Assembly: GCA_964512695.1 (NCBI GenBank)
Contig: CAZEJU010000002.1
Coordinates: forward strand, 76,233-140,232
Length of the DNA: 64,000 bases
Direction: 5' to 3'
DNA from: an uncultured Gammaproteobacteria bacterium
Lineage (GTDB): Bacteria; Patescibacteriota; Microgenomatia; Levybacterales; UBA12049
Shown: piece after piece, positions 10,215-21,509 of the stretch
How the letters are laid out: each line of letters starts with the position of its first letter
How positions within the stretch are numbered: position 1 is the first letter of the stretch
Notes under the pieces: model-generated
Seen by the model: the letters and a program-made list of their open reading frames with translations, nothing else
Databases searched by the model: none
What the model was told of the DNA's origin: nothing
Translations under genes and position numbers: made by a program

Positions 10215-11021
10215 ATGTTTAATACATTAATTACACAACCGCTTACGAATATCCTTATCGCAATTTATCAACTACTAACACTCGTGGGGATTCCTTTTGC
10301 CTTGGGCTTTTCAATAATAGTCTTGACGATTCTCATTAGACTACTCCTTTTTCCTCTTATAGCTTCTCAAACTCGTGCCTCTAAGAAAATGCAACAAATT
10401 CAACCACACATTAACCAGCTCCGGGAAAAACACAAAAATGATCCCAAGAGACTTCAAACGGAAACAATGCAACTTTATAAAGAACATGGTGTGAACCCGG
10501 TGGCGGGTTGTCTTCCTATATTAATTCAACTGCCTATTCTTTGGGGATTATATGGTGTCTTAAATGAAACCGTTAAGCAGACCTCTTTCCAGGTAATAAA
10601 TAAAGCTCTTTATCTAGATTCATTAAAGCTGACTAAGCTGTGGGATACGAAGTTCTTTGGTATTCCTTTAGGGCAATCCCCTTCAGAACTATTCCCAAGT
10701 GTAGGTGTAGGTATCCTGATCGTTCCTGTTCTAACGGGTGTTCTTCAGTATTTCCAATCGAAAATGATGTTTAAACCCTCTCAAGAGCAGCCAAAAGAGA
10801 AAAAATCCACTGGTGAGGATTTTGCAGCAGCAATGCAAACACAATCACTGTATATATTCCCCGTTATGATTGGTTTCTTTGCTCATTCTTTCCCCATAGG
10901 TTTATCTCTCTACTGGAATACTTTCTCAATTTTTGGTATCATACAGCAATTAATGATGGATAAGGAAAGTGCGATACGTGTTCCTTCACCAACCTTATCT
11001 AAGACTAGTAAGAAAAAATAA
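10215..11021 (+). CDS. yidC: Membrane protein insertase YidC/Oxa1
   Basis: NPVAGCLPILIQLPI, GLSLYW. Confidence 0.95.
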   Translation: MFNTLITQPLTNILIAIYQLLTLVGIPFALGFSIIVLTILIRLLLFPLIASQTRASKKMQQIQPHINQLREKHKNDPKRLQTETMQLYKEHGVNPVAGCLPILIQLPILWGLYGVLNETVKQTSFQVINKALYLDSLKLTKLWDTKFFGIPLGQSPSELFPSVGVGILIVPVLTGVLQYFQSKMMFKPSQEQPKEKKSTGEDFAAAMQTQSLYIFPVMIGFFAHSFPIGLSLYWNTFSIFGIIQQLMMDKESAIRVPSPTLSKTSKKK

Positions 11022-11025
11022 CTAT

Positions 11026-11499
11026 ATGACAGAACCAATGCAAACAATTACAACAGAAGAGAAAGCAGTTGCCGAAGAAATAACAAAGGAGTTCTTTGCT
11101 AAGCTTGGTGTATCAGTAAATGCAACAGTAAGTATTGTGGATGACTCTTTTGACGTTGCTTTAGAAACCTCAGAAAGTGGTATCCTTATCGGTTACCATG
11201 GAGAAACCCTTGAAAGTCTTCAATTGCTCTTATCATTAGCTGTTAGTAAACGTCTCGGAAGATTTGTAAGGGTTATGATAGATGTGGGAGACTATAGAAA
11301 ACAAAGGACTGTATACCTCGAACAGCTTGCGCAACAAATGAAGGATTCTGTTCTAAGAGAACAACGAGAACGCGTTTTTACCTCTTTAAAATCTTGGGAG
11401 CGAAGAGTTATACACTTGTTATTACAGGATGATCCGCAGGTTATTACTGAATCTCGCGGAGAAGGTCGAGATAGAGTTCTCGTTCTTAAACCTCGTTAA
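11026..11499 (+). CDS. jag: Jag/KhpB-like KH-R3H RNA-binding protein (short form)
   Basis: LIGYHGETLESLQ, ERRVIH, SRGEG; synteny with yidC. Confidence 0.9.
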   Translation: MTEPMQTITTEEKAVAEEITKEFFAKLGVSVNATVSIVDDSFDVALETSESGILIGYHGETLESLQLLLSLAVSKRLGRFVRVMIDVGDYRKQRTVYLEQLAQQMKDSVLREQRERVFTSLKSWERRVIHLLLQDDPQVITESRGEGRDRVLVLKPR

Positions 11500-11579
11500 T
11501 TCTTCTCTTGTGCTTCGTGTAAGTATAATCGCTATTTCTTGTTAAACATATCCTTATCTGGTATTGTTTAGCAATCACC

Positions 11580-12974
11580 ATGCAAAGGTTTTACCCTACA
11601 AGTTTGCTCAGTCAATATAGATCAAAAATGTCAATCTCTTTTTTAGAAAGCGCGCTTTTCTTTCTCCTCGTTGTTTTTCTTCCCACACAGTTCGGAAAGC
11701 ATTTTTGGCCGAGTTTTTCGATAGTTGCGGGCTTGCGGATTGATTACCTCTCCCCCACCCTCTATTTTACAGATATTTTACTTGGGATTCTTTTTATAAT
11801 TTTCTTAATGAGACTTTTCTCTCAAAGAAGAATTCTTGAATTATTAAAATCATTATTAAAACAAAAAAAACAAAGCATTATCTACTCAACTATATGCATC
11901 TTTCTGCTCTTAAATATTTATTATTCTAGTAAGCCACAAGCAGGACTATATGGCCTCCTTCGCTTATTGGAATACTTGTTCTTTAGCTATGCAGTTGTAA
12001 GCATGGTAGTACGAAAAAAATCCTTAATACTTTATAAAGGTCTTGCAATTGCAGTCATCTTCCAATCGTTTCTTGCAATAGGACAGTTTTTACACCAGGG
12101 ATCATTAAACGGGTTATTTTATTATGTTGGGGAAAGAACTTTTACGAGCGGTACTCCAGGCATTGCCAATGCTTCTATCGACGGTGCGTTATTGCTAAGA
12201 CCTTATGGAACAATGCCTCATCCGAATGCCCTTGGAGGATTTTTCCTGGTTAGTCTTCTGTTACTTCTTAACGCATATGTACAGGAAAAGAGAAAGATTA
12301 TTATAATTGCGATTCTGGTTAGTTTTCCAGCCTTCTTCTTAACGCTTAGCAGAAGTGCTTTCCTTGCGGGGACAGTTGTCTCAGTAGTTATCCTTTATAA
12401 ACTTGGTAGTGAGAGAAAACTAACAAAAAGACTTCTCAGTAGAGTTAGTCTACTTTTTTGGTTACCTATCTCTCTGAGCTTTGTTTCCCTTCACCAGATA
12501 CTTTTTCCTAGGATTCTGGAGTTTACCTTTCATGGGGAGGATGTACAGCAAAGACTTTCTCTTACTCAAGCAGCATTTGCAATGATAAAAGACAATATAT
12601 TCGTGGGTGTTGGTTTAAAGAACTTTCTTATAGCACTTCCCTATTATCAGTCACAACTGTCAGGACAAATCTTTATACAGCCAGTACACAACATTTATTT
12701 GCTGATAGTTTCGGAGTTAGGGATGTTTTTAAGTATTTTTATACTTTTCCTTTTTCTCACGTTTCTTCAAAGACTAAAGAGAAATAGAGTTTCATCAATA
12801 AACATCGCATTAATTATAGCTGTATTAATAATAGGACTCTTAGATCACTACATCTTGACAACACAACAAGGAGGGTTATTGCTATCGCTAATTATGGGAT
12901 ACTTATATGGCAATAGTACTTTCACAAACCGTGGAGGGAAAAATAATCGAATAAAGACTGTCAGGACAACATAA
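11580..12974 (+). CDS. O-antigen ligase-like (Wzy_C) membrane protein
   Basis: RPYGTMPHPNALGG, TLSRSA, GVGLKNF, PVHNIYL. Confidence 0.85.
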   Translation: MQRFYPTSLLSQYRSKMSISFLESALFFLLVVFLPTQFGKHFWPSFSIVAGLRIDYLSPTLYFTDILLGILFIIFLMRLFSQRRILELLKSLLKQKKQSIIYSTICIFLLLNIYYSSKPQAGLYGLLRLLEYLFFSYAVVSMVVRKKSLILYKGLAIAVIFQSFLAIGQFLHQGSLNGLFYYVGERTFTSGTPGIANASIDGALLLRPYGTMPHPNALGGFFLVSLLLLLNAYVQEKRKIIIIAILVSFPAFFLTLSRSAFLAGTVVSVVILYKLGSERKLTKRLLSRVSLLFWLPISLSFVSLHQILFPRILEFTFHGEDVQQRLSLTQAAFAMIKDNIFVGVGLKNFLIALPYYQSQLSGQIFIQPVHNIYLLIVSELGMFLSIFILFLFLTFLQRLKRNRVSSINIALIIAVLIIGLLDHYILTTQQGGLLLSLIMGYLYGNSTFTNRGGKNNRIKTVRTT

Positions 12975-13159
12975 AATAGATATTTATCTATTTTCACGAG
13001 AGTCAACAGAGATAATTTTGTTTTTAATCAGATTATCTTGTTATCTTAATAAAAACAGCAGTTATTTTTAAAACATTCGAATAAAAAAGGCGAATAATGT
13101 TATGGGATAGCCTTCTTTTCTAATAAATTTCTCCCGTCGGTTTTCGAAATATAGAAAAT

Positions 13160-15823
13160 ATGGTATGCTTACATACAGTTCTGCCTATGCAAACCGAGCC
13201 TTCTATAAATCCAGTTTTATTATACGACCCAAGCGGTCTATACGGAAATATTATTGCTGAGAATCTTCCATCATTAACAACAAGAGTTCTTGTAAGTCCA
13301 AAACCAAGTATTAAGAGCCCGAATCTTTTTTACATCCCACTTAAAAGAAATATACCGACATTACCTGCTTGTATTTACTCAAACCATTTTATTTTTTATG
13401 ATAAACAGAGTAATATACTTCCCCTCTTACCTTTTTTTCTGCAAAAAAAGAGACAGGATAATGCCAGAATTTACCTTTTTATTCCAATCAGAGAAATTTC
13501 AATTCAACTATTAGAAACAATAAGAAATCTTTCCTCAGAAGTCATAGTTGTTGGTATTGGTGATTTCTTTGGGACACTTTCCAATTGGGAGAATCCACTT
13601 ACTGAACTTATTGAACAGGCGAGTCATGGAACTTTGCACCTGACTTCCAGCGGACTTTCTAAACTCTATCCAGTATATGACCGGGATGCAATATCAGTCT
13701 TTACGGACTTAGCTTTTGGACGGTTATCCCTACAACCTCCTACGATTCACGTTATATCCCAACAGCCAGTCACAACTCTTTCTCTTGCAAGGCAGTTACA
13801 CAAGAAAGAGCCTCTTATTGCTATTCGCTTATCTTCCACACACTCTTCTATAAAAGATGCTGTAAATCTACCCTTCTCTTTTCTTTGTAAATCGTTTAAC
13901 TATGGAGAAAAGCTTCCTCATATTGTTCTCTCCATAGAATCATCGAAAAAACAGAAAAAAGAGAAAGCACAAGTAAACAAGCCTTATAACTATCTTTATG
14001 CGGTGATGGCTTCTGTGTGTGTGGGGTTCTTTATCACTCTTATTGTGCCTTTGGTAAGTGCATTAGTAGGAGCAGAATATCTTACACGCGCATATCATAA
14101 TGTTGAGAAAGGGGATTTCCAAAAAGCGTATACTTCTGCTTCTACTGCGAAAACACTCTTTTCTTTTGCTGGTAAGACAATGGCAAGTATAGAGATGTTT
14201 GAAAACTTGGGATTTCAAAAAGGACTAGTCATATTTAAAAAAAGTGTAGTCACAGGGAAAGAAGTTTCGGAATCTTTTTTGGTAGGAATTGATGGCATAC
14301 AGCTGTTACGAAACGTTTTTTCAAAGAAAAGCATTGAACCTCGTCAAGATTTTTTAACAGGATTGCGTTATGTCCGAGAATCCATGACTCAATTAACCTC
14401 ATTACAAGCTGAAGATAAAATTCCAGAAAAGTACAAAAGTAAGTTTGCTGCTTTACAAATAACACAAGACCTTTTTACCGGAACTTTTGATGTATTACCG
14501 GAGGTTCTGGGTATGCAAGAAAAGAAAACGTATTTATTATTATTTCAAAATAATATGGAGCTTCGTCCAGGCGGAGGGTTTGTAGGTTCTTATGGTATTT
14601 TAGAGCTTGATCAAGCTAAGATTACGAACTTTACAATACATGATGTATATGACGCAGATGGACAACTGAAAGAACATATAGAACCACCTTTTCAGCTTAA
14701 GAAATATATGGGAGCAAATCATTGGTTTTTACGAGATAGCAACTTTGATGTTGATTTCCCTAAGAGTGCAGCAGCAGCAGCGCTTTTCTTGAAGTTAGAA
14801 ACAGGAGAGGTTGTAGATGGGGTTATTGCAATAGATACGTTATTTATTAAAAATCTTCTTTCCGAGATAGGTCCACTATATATTCAAGAATACAAGGAAA
14901 CAGTAACAGCTGACAATTTCTTTTTATTAACACAAAAGTATGTTCAGGAAGAATTTTTCCCTGGATCTACTCAGAAGAAAGATTTTCTCCAGGCAGTATA
15001 TACTACCCTTTCACTAAAGCTATTGGATTCTGACAGAACCCCCTATATAGAAATTGCTGATGCAATCGTTAAAAGTGTTGCTCAGAAAAATATTCTTTTC
15101 GCATTTCCGGATAAAGATATCCAAAAGGTTTTTACCTGGAATAATTTATCATCAACTCTTATAGATACTCGAGAAAAAGAAGATGGATATATTTATGATT
15201 TTTTTGGAATTAATGAAGCGAATATAGGAGCGAATAAAGTAAACTATTATCTTGATAGGGCGATTAATCACAGTGTGGCATTAATGGAGTCAGGTGTCGC
15301 TTCAGAGAACGTGGTAATTGAATACTATAATAAAAGTACAGCAGCTGATGCGTTCGGGGGAGATTATAAAACGTATGTCCGCTTTATTCTTCCGTTAGCA
15401 GCAGATTTACAGGCTGTTACAATTGATGGCATACAACAGTCTCTTCTACCAGCCGTTACAGATGTATCATTAATTCCCGACGACCTCGTAATTCTCCCGA
15501 ACGAGGTAGAGGTAGAGAAGTCAGAGCAAGAAGGGAAAAAGATATATGGTTTTTATACTACCGTACCGATGGGAGCTAAGAAAACCATAAAGATTTCGTA
15601 TGACTTCCCTGTAAATATAGGACAGGCTAGCAATACGTATTCTCTTCAGGTTTTTAAACAACCGGGCACGAACGCAGATCCTTATGTTTTTTCTTTACAA
15701 ACTCCAGAGAACTATGACATTCGTTCGGATAACCCCCGAGTTAACATTCAGAATAAAAAAGCAACATATTTTTCAGATTTATCGGAAGACAGAGAGATAA
15801 ACGTAATGATAGTGAAGAAATGA
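13160..15823 (+). CDS. DUF4012 domain membrane protein with degenerate epimerase-like N-terminus
   Basis: YLLLFQNNMELRPGGGFVGSYG, LRDSN, NK.NYY, KQPG motifs. Confidence 0.85.
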   Translation: MVCLHTVLPMQTEPSINPVLLYDPSGLYGNIIAENLPSLTTRVLVSPKPSIKSPNLFYIPLKRNIPTLPACIYSNHFIFYDKQSNILPLLPFFLQKKRQDNARIYLFIPIREISIQLLETIRNLSSEVIVVGIGDFFGTLSNWENPLTELIEQASHGTLHLTSSGLSKLYPVYDRDAISVFTDLAFGRLSLQPPTIHVISQQPVTTLSLARQLHKKEPLIAIRLSSTHSSIKDAVNLPFSFLCKSFNYGEKLPHIVLSIESSKKQKKEKAQVNKPYNYLYAVMASVCVGFFITLIVPLVSALVGAEYLTRAYHNVEKGDFQKAYTSASTAKTLFSFAGKTMASIEMFENLGFQKGLVIFKKSVVTGKEVSESFLVGIDGIQLLRNVFSKKSIEPRQDFLTGLRYVRESMTQLTSLQAEDKIPEKYKSKFAALQITQDLFTGTFDVLPEVLGMQEKKTYLLLFQNNMELRPGGGFVGSYGILELDQAKITNFTIHDVYDADGQLKEHIEPPFQLKKYMGANHWFLRDSNFDVDFPKSAAAAALFLKLETGEVVDGVIAIDTLFIKNLLSEIGPLYIQEYKETVTADNFFLLTQKYVQEEFFPGSTQKKDFLQAVYTTLSLKLLDSDRTPYIEIADAIVKSVAQKNILFAFPDKDIQKVFTWNNLSSTLIDTREKEDGYIYDFFGINEANIGANKVNYYLDRAINHSVALMESGVASENVVIEYYNKSTAADAFGGDYKTYVRFILPLAADLQAVTIDGIQQSLLPAVTDVSLIPDDLVILPNEVEVEKSEQEGKKIYGFYTTVPMGAKKTIKISYDFPVNIGQASNTYSLQVFKQPGTNADPYVFSLQTPENYDIRSDNPRVNIQNKKATYFSDLSEDREINVMIVKK

Positions 15824-15868
15824 AGCATAAGGGCTGGAACATATCTGCAGAAAACTTATTATGTATTA

Positions 15869-16723
15869 TTAATGGAATATAAGCTCAGAAACGATGTGGT
15901 AAACTTCATAGAATCCCCATCCGGCAATAAGAACGAAGGCTAGCCCTCCTATTATTAATACCCATGGATTTTGTACTGCCAGAACAGTTTTCTTAGGAGA
16001 GATAAAAAGCGCTACATTTAGTATCATATGCCCTAAGAATACTCCGATAGCAAAGCCATAAACATTAATAATGTCAAAAAGCGGAATATAGCCAGCGAAG
16101 TCATCAAGTCCGAGAATAAACGGAATAGATGATGAAAAGATGATGAGACTTTTCCAGGGTAAAGATTTCATATTTGTTAAACTCGCACTGGGTGAAATAA
16201 AGCGAATAAGAGGGGCAAGTGTTTTATTTGAGACATGGAGAACTTTTTTGATAGTTTGTAGTTGCTGTAGTAAAAAATGTGGTATTGCTTTTTCTTTATG
16301 TGTCAATTCCTCAAAGCTTTCCTCAGCCATTTTTAATAAAACAAGAGAAGCTAGAAAAATCATAATGGCCATAAGCAAAGGAACCTCTCTGAAAAAATTC
16401 CAAATAACGAGAATTACCAAAGTTCCGAGAGCATTTCCCCCAGCAGTGCCGAGTTCTATGGCAACTCTGTTTTTCCATCCCGGATTACTTCGCATGAGAT
16501 TGCCTATAAAGATAGCGAAGTCCACAGATGTTTTTAGGTAAATAGTTAACCCAACGAGAATATCTCTTTTCCGAATCTCAAGAACTATTTTTTCTCGGGA
16601 AGGTAAAAGATTTAATCCCACTATAGTAAGATAGAGAAGGGCACAAAACCCGAAAAATGTTATAACTGTCAACACTATGGGTAATACTTGTTCGCGGAAA
16701 AAGCGGCTACTCGTGTTAGTCAT
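15869..16723 (-). CDS. Multi-pass membrane protein, CadD/LysE-superfamily-like
   Basis: TSVDFAIF and GLDDFAGYIPLF resemble CadD repeat motifs; overlaps dedA stop. Confidence 0.5.
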   Translation of the reverse strand: MTNTSSRFFREQVLPIVLTVITFFGFCALLYLTIVGLNLLPSREKIVLEIRKRDILVGLTIYLKTSVDFAIFIGNLMRSNPGWKNRVAIELGTAGGNALGTLVILVIWNFFREVPLLMAIMIFLASLVLLKMAEESFEELTHKEKAIPHFLLQQLQTIKKVLHVSNKTLAPLIRFISPSASLTNMKSLPWKSLIIFSSSIPFILGLDDFAGYIPLFDIINVYGFAIGVFLGHMILNVALFISPKKTVLAVQNPWVLIIGGLAFVLIAGWGFYEVYHIVSELIFH

Positions 16724-17420
16724 TCAAGTGGTCCTTCTTTAGAGTTTTCTGAATATCTTTATAGGTTGCTTGTTCTAATTGCTTTTTAGACATTTTTGGA
16801 GCTCTCTTATGATTTATATATTCTATAATCATTGGAAGTATAGATACCAACACGATTAATATAACTGCATATTCGAAGTTGTTCTTTACTATTGGTAAGC
16901 CTCCAAGGAAGAACCCGAGAACAGTAAGACTTGTTACCCAAATAAATGCTCCAGTAACATTATAGAAGAGAAACGTATTATAGTGCATTTTTCCTACTCC
17001 TGCGACGAACGGAGCAAATGTTCGAACAATTGGTACGAAGCGAGCAAGAATTATCGTCTTTCCCCCATGTTTCTCATAAAACTCACGGGTTTTCTCTAAA
17101 TATTCCTTTTTAAAAACCCGAGAGTTTTCTTTCGCAAAAACCCGTGGACCGATATGATGTCCGACCCAGTAATTAACAGTATCACCGAGAATTGCTGCCA
17201 GCATAAGCGTAATATAAACCATCCAAAAATTCAGTAATCCGCTTCCTGCGAGTGTCCCTGCGACGAATAAGAGGGAGTCTCCAGGTAAAAAAGGAGTAAC
17301 GACGAAACCTGTTTCAGCAAACACTATTAAAAATAAAATAAGGTAAGTAAGCGGACCGAACATCGCAATTATATTTTTCAAATGTTCATCAAAATGCAAG
17401 ATAAGGTCGAATAGATCCAT
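16716..17420 (-). CDS. dedA: DedA family protein
   Basis: FAETG...PFLPGDSLLF, ARFVPIVRTF. Confidence 0.95.
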   Translation of the reverse strand: MDLFDLILHFDEHLKNIIAMFGPLTYLILFLIVFAETGFVVTPFLPGDSLLFVAGTLAGSGLLNFWMVYITLMLAAILGDTVNYWVGHHIGPRVFAKENSRVFKKEYLEKTREFYEKHGGKTIILARFVPIVRTFAPFVAGVGKMHYNTFLFYNVTGAFIWVTSLTVLGFFLGGLPIVKNNFEYAVILIVLVSILPMIIEYINHKRAPKMSKKQLEQATYKDIQKTLKKDHLND

Positions 17421-17486
17421 AATATGTGTATTATATTGAATTATTTAGTTTACGTCTATCTGCATTATTATTGTATAATATAAAAC

Positions 17487-18047
17487 ATGAATTATAGACA
17501 GTTATTAGGATACATAAACATTGTCGCAGAAGCACATCAGGAGAAAGAAAATAAGCATGGCAAAGTTTTAAGAAAACTACCGAGTGGAGAAGAAAACCCC
17601 TATTTTCTCCATCCTTTGTGGTGTTCAATTATGATTTTATCTGAACCTAATTTGCAAAAAGATATAAGAGAAAATGGTGCAATCGCATTACTCTTCCATG
17701 ATATTCTAGAAGATACAACTATAGATCTACCTCCGGAAATTCCGGAAATAGTAAAAAAACTCATACTGGATATGACAGTTCCTAAACTTCCTGAGTATAA
17801 TTATAGTAGTTGGGCTTTGGAGAAGCATACAATCTTATATAAACCGGTTGAGCTACAGCTATTAAAACTCTACGATAAAACTGCTTCGTTATATGATTTA
17901 GTTTTGGATAAGAATCGATACAAAGAATGGATGGATATTATTGAGAAACTTGCTGAAAATGTTGAAGAGCATTATGGGAGATTGAATATCGTAGTCCTTG
18001 CCAAGTCTCTTGTAGAAAACCGAAGAAAAAGTTTGGGTATTATTTAA
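17487..18047 (+). CDS. HD-domain hydrolase, Mesh1/small alarmone hydrolase-like
   Basis: PYFLHP, LFHDILEDT, LKLYDK. Confidence 0.75.
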   Translation: MNYRQLLGYINIVAEAHQEKENKHGKVLRKLPSGEENPYFLHPLWCSIMILSEPNLQKDIRENGAIALLFHDILEDTTIDLPPEIPEIVKKLILDMTVPKLPEYNYSSWALEKHTILYKPVELQLLKLYDKTASLYDLVLDKNRYKEWMDIIEKLAENVEEHYGRLNIVVLAKSLVENRRKSLGII

Positions 18048-18201
18048 AAGCTATGAAAACCCGATAATGGTCTGATGCTTCATTTGCAGCTTTTGACTTA
18101 AGTACATTATATTTCTTTGCATATATGGCGAGAGTTTCTGATACGAATATATAATCGAGGCGTAAAGGAGCTTCATTCACTGCATCCACATTAGCTATAT
18201 C

Positions 18202-19170
18202 TTAAGCCCTTGGTAACATGCGAGCAGCTTGTTGTACTTCTGTTGCATCAGGAAGAATACCGCCTATATGAATATGGGTCGCTTTATATACCGCATTCAT
18301 TGTCGACGCATCAATCCCCCCTTCTAGTTGTGCTTCAGCTGCCAAAATGCGAAGTTTATCAACATCCCACGGTGTTGGCTCAGTAAGTACTCTTTCTCGT
18401 TCGCTCGGTGGTAGATCTATCCTTCGGAAAGCATCAGGTCCTAGGTGATATCCAATCATCATTTTAACTTCGTCCGCAGGAATTTTTCTTCCAGCAACAC
18501 CTCGAATTACTTGTGGATATAAGACTTCTACCTGTGCGTCTCCATAATACCGTTCATAAATGAAAGTAGCAAACTGTTCTGGTGGTTCTGGTGATTCCGT
18601 AATTCGTACGCCTGTCGTATCGTCTTCATAGCGAGGAGGCATATGATCTATATACCATAGTCTTCTTCCGCTATCCTTTGCAAAATTCCCTAATGCAGGA
18701 TCAAGCGAAACTCTTCTACCAGGTCGTCCGTTTTCTCTAACTCGGCGGAACATTTCTAAATAACCTCGAAGATCATCTTTAACGACATCATCAGGATAAC
18801 TTGGATCAGAAAAAAGTTTTCGCAAATCTACCCCTGCAGGCTTAACGGCTTCAGAAAGCATTACTTTTCCTTCGTGTCCGTTTGGTTGAATAATGTGGCC
18901 AATAGTCGGTGCAACTGGGACGCCAAGTTCTGTAGCAATTCTGTCAAATGTGCGCATATGCAATGCTAGCTCATATGCTTGTCGCTGGGATAGCCCATCT
19001 TCTGCCTTTCTGCCAGCGCTCTTGATAAAAACCTGTTCGCTACTTCCGTTTTTTCCTATCTGGCCACGCAGTAGATCTGTGTGAAATCCGGTGTTATCTG
19101 TAACAACACTTAGGCCAGTGAAAGCAGCATGCATATTAATAATTTGTTCAGCATCCATTAGTTTTGCCAT
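18202..19170 (-). CDS. Hypothetical protein, probable protein-kinase-like fold
   Basis: VFIK, DPALGNF, WYID in kinase-like spacing. Confidence 0.45.
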   Translation of the reverse strand: MAKLMDAEQIINMHAAFTGLSVVTDNTGFHTDLLRGQIGKNGSSEQVFIKSAGRKAEDGLSQRQAYELALHMRTFDRIATELGVPVAPTIGHIIQPNGHEGKVMLSEAVKPAGVDLRKLFSDPSYPDDVVKDDLRGYLEMFRRVRENGRPGRRVSLDPALGNFAKDSGRRLWYIDHMPPRYEDDTTGVRITESPEPPEQFATFIYERYYGDAQVEVLYPQVIRGVAGRKIPADEVKMMIGYHLGPDAFRRIDLPPSERERVLTEPTPWDVDKLRILAAEAQLEGGIDASTMNAVYKATHIHIGGILPDATEVQQAARMLPRA

Positions 19171-19421
19171 ATAGCTTGAATAGTAAACGAATTATCTCAC
19201 GGCTAAATGAGTACACTCTTGACGAGTTTGAAACTTTTTCTTGACATATACCTGACAAATATGACAAAACGAGGCTAGTAAAACTTAACTATTAAGAGGA
19301 ATGTAAGAAGTTTTACCCATATGGAAAATCCACTCTATATAAACGTTAATTTATAGAGTGTCCTTTGAATGCCCAAAGTTACACTTGCTGTTTCTAATCA
19401 ATAAGTTGCTATAATACTTCC

Positions 19422-21038
19422 ATGATTGATTTAATTTTATCTTTAGAATGGCAGGCATTGCAGAAACATTATGAAGAAATAAAAAATTCTCATTTGCGAG
19501 AGGTATTTTCTCAGGATGAAAAACGAGGAGAAACGTTTATCCTACAAGTAGGAGATTGGTATCTGGATTACTCAAAAAATAGAGTTACGAATAAAACGCT
19601 GCAATTGTTACTTCAACTAGCTAACTCAGTTAATCTTAGGCAAGCCATAGATGCTATGTTTTCTGGACAAGCTATTAATACTACTGAAAATCGTCCGGTT
19701 TTACATGTCGCACTTCGAAATCGTTCAAATACTTCCATTATTGTTAATGGTACTGATGTGATGCCAGAGGTAAATAGAGTGCTTGAACAAATGCGAACAT
19801 TTGCACTTAAAGTTCGTTCAGGTGAGTGGAAAGGATATACGGAAAAGAGAATTAAAAATATAGTAAATATCGGTATCGGTGGATCTGACTTAGGACCAGT
19901 AATGGCTTATGAAGCCTTAAAAGCATATAGTGATCGGTCGTTAACTATCAGATTTATTTCTAATATAGACGCAACACATTTTTATGAATCTACCCGGGAT
20001 TTAGCTCCCGAAGAAACTCTCTTTATTATCGCTTCTAAAACATTTACGACAGAAGAAACCATGACAAATGCAGAAACTGCGAGGAAATGGCTTGTAGATG
20101 CACTAGGCAGTCAAGAAGCAGTATCTAGACACTTTATCGCCTTATCTACAAATATGGAGAAAGTAAAGGCTTTTGGGATAGATCCAGAAAACATGTTTGT
20201 TTTTTGGGATTGGGTGGGTGGCAGATATTCTCTCTGTAGCGCGATCGGTTTACCAGTAATGATTGCGATTGGTCCGGAGAATTTTGACAAGATGCTTGAC
20301 GGGTTTCATTCGATGGATCATCATTTCAGAACTGCTTCTTTTGAAAAAAACATGCCAGTTATTCTTGGATTGCTTGGAATATGGTATAACAACTTCTTTG
20401 GAGCGGAAACATATGCGCTGTTACCCTATGATCAGTATCTGCACCGATTCCCGGCTTACTTTCAGCAAGGAGATATGGAGAGTAACGGTAAATCAGTACG
20501 AAAAGACGGGAAGCGAGTGGAATGTCAGACAGGTCCAGTTATCTGGGGAGAACCAGGAACAAACGGTCAGCACGCTTTTTACCAGTTAGTCCATCAAGGT
20601 ACGAAACTTATTCCAGCAGATTTCATTGGGTTTAAAGAACCATCACACCAAATTGGAGATCATCATCAGAAGCTCATGGCGAATTTTCTCGCACAGACAG
20701 AAGCATTAGCTTTTGGGAAAACTGCAGATGAACTTAGGGCAGAAGGTGTAGGGGAAAGTCTTATCTCTCATAAAACATTTGAAGGAAATAGGCCAACGAA
20801 TACGTTGTTAGCTACTAAGCTTACCCCTCACACGTTAGGACAGTTAATAGCATTATATGAACATAAAATTTTCGTTCAGGGAGTTATCTGGGGAATTAAT
20901 TCTTTTGATCAGTGGGGAGTGGAGTTGGGGAAAGTATTAGCAAAAAAAATATTACCAGAGTTAAAAGATGAGAAAACAGAGCTGCACCATGATTCTTCTA
21001 CAAACAACCTCATTAAAAAATGTCGAGAGCTTCAATAA
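19422..21038 (+). CDS. pgi: Glucose-6-phosphate isomerase
   Basis: [35 protein letters not shown]. Confidence 0.98.
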   Translation: MIDLILSLEWQALQKHYEEIKNSHLREVFSQDEKRGETFILQVGDWYLDYSKNRVTNKTLQLLLQLANSVNLRQAIDAMFSGQAINTTENRPVLHVALRNRSNTSIIVNGTDVMPEVNRVLEQMRTFALKVRSGEWKGYTEKRIKNIVNIGIGGSDLGPVMAYEALKAYSDRSLTIRFISNIDATHFYESTRDLAPEETLFIIASKTFTTEETMTNAETARKWLVDALGSQEAVSRHFIALSTNMEKVKAFGIDPENMFVFWDWVGGRYSLCSAIGLPVMIAIGPENFDKMLDGFHSMDHHFRTASFEKNMPVILGLLGIWYNNFFGAETYALLPYDQYLHRFPAYFQQGDMESNGKSVRKDGKRVECQTGPVIWGEPGTNGQHAFYQLVHQGTKLIPADFIGFKEPSHQIGDHHQKLMANFLAQTEALAFGKTADELRAEGVGESLISHKTFEGNRPTNTLLATKLTPHTLGQLIALYEHKIFVQGVIWGINSFDQWGVELGKVLAKKILPELKDEKTELHHDSSTNNLIKKCRELQ

Positions 21039-21095
21039 GATATTAATTTTATTAACTGAAAACTGTTGGAATCTTTTTCAGTATATGTCATAGAG

Positions 21096-21131
21096 TGGTG
21101 GGGCCACGCCTGTTTAAGGAATGGCCCCATT
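21096..21131. terminator. GC-rich hairpin between convergent pgi and hypothetical gene
   Basis: TGGTGGGGCCA ... TGGCCCCATTA inverted repeat. Confidence 0.5.
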
Positions 21132-21143
21132 AGCCGACGGTTT

Positions 21144-21509
21144 TTAGCCGTCGAGAGTGAGTGTAAAAAGCCTGTGGTCAAATCCGGCTTCTGTGCAGAA
21201 TGACTCTGCATGCCTCTTGACCACCTCGTCCAGCCGGGTGTCTCTGCTCAGCGCAGCTCTGAAGTTACGTGGAATACCCACCAGCGGTGGGCCGGTATGC
21301 TTCCACAGGGTAACCCCTGCAAATTCTACCGTCCAGAGTACTTCGACCAGAAGCCACCCCTCGAGGTCCTGGCCATCGGGCCATTTTGTGGCGCCTCGGC
21401 GGAATTCGACGGGATGACCCAGTCGCTGCTGTGCGTCTCGCTGGATGCTCTGCAGCAACTTCTGCTGGGCCTGTTTGTACAGGCGGTTGTCAACTGTCAT
21501 GACAGACAT
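21144..21509 (-). CDS. Hypothetical protein, GC-rich
   Basis: ATG at 21509 preceded by AGGAGA SD; visibly higher GC than flanks. Confidence 0.6.
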   Translation of the reverse strand: MSVMTVDNRLYKQAQQKLLQSIQRDAQQRLGHPVEFRRGATKWPDGQDLEGWLLVEVLWTVEFAGVTLWKHTGPPLVGIPRNFRAALSRDTRLDEVVKRHAESFCTEAGFDHRLFTLTLDG

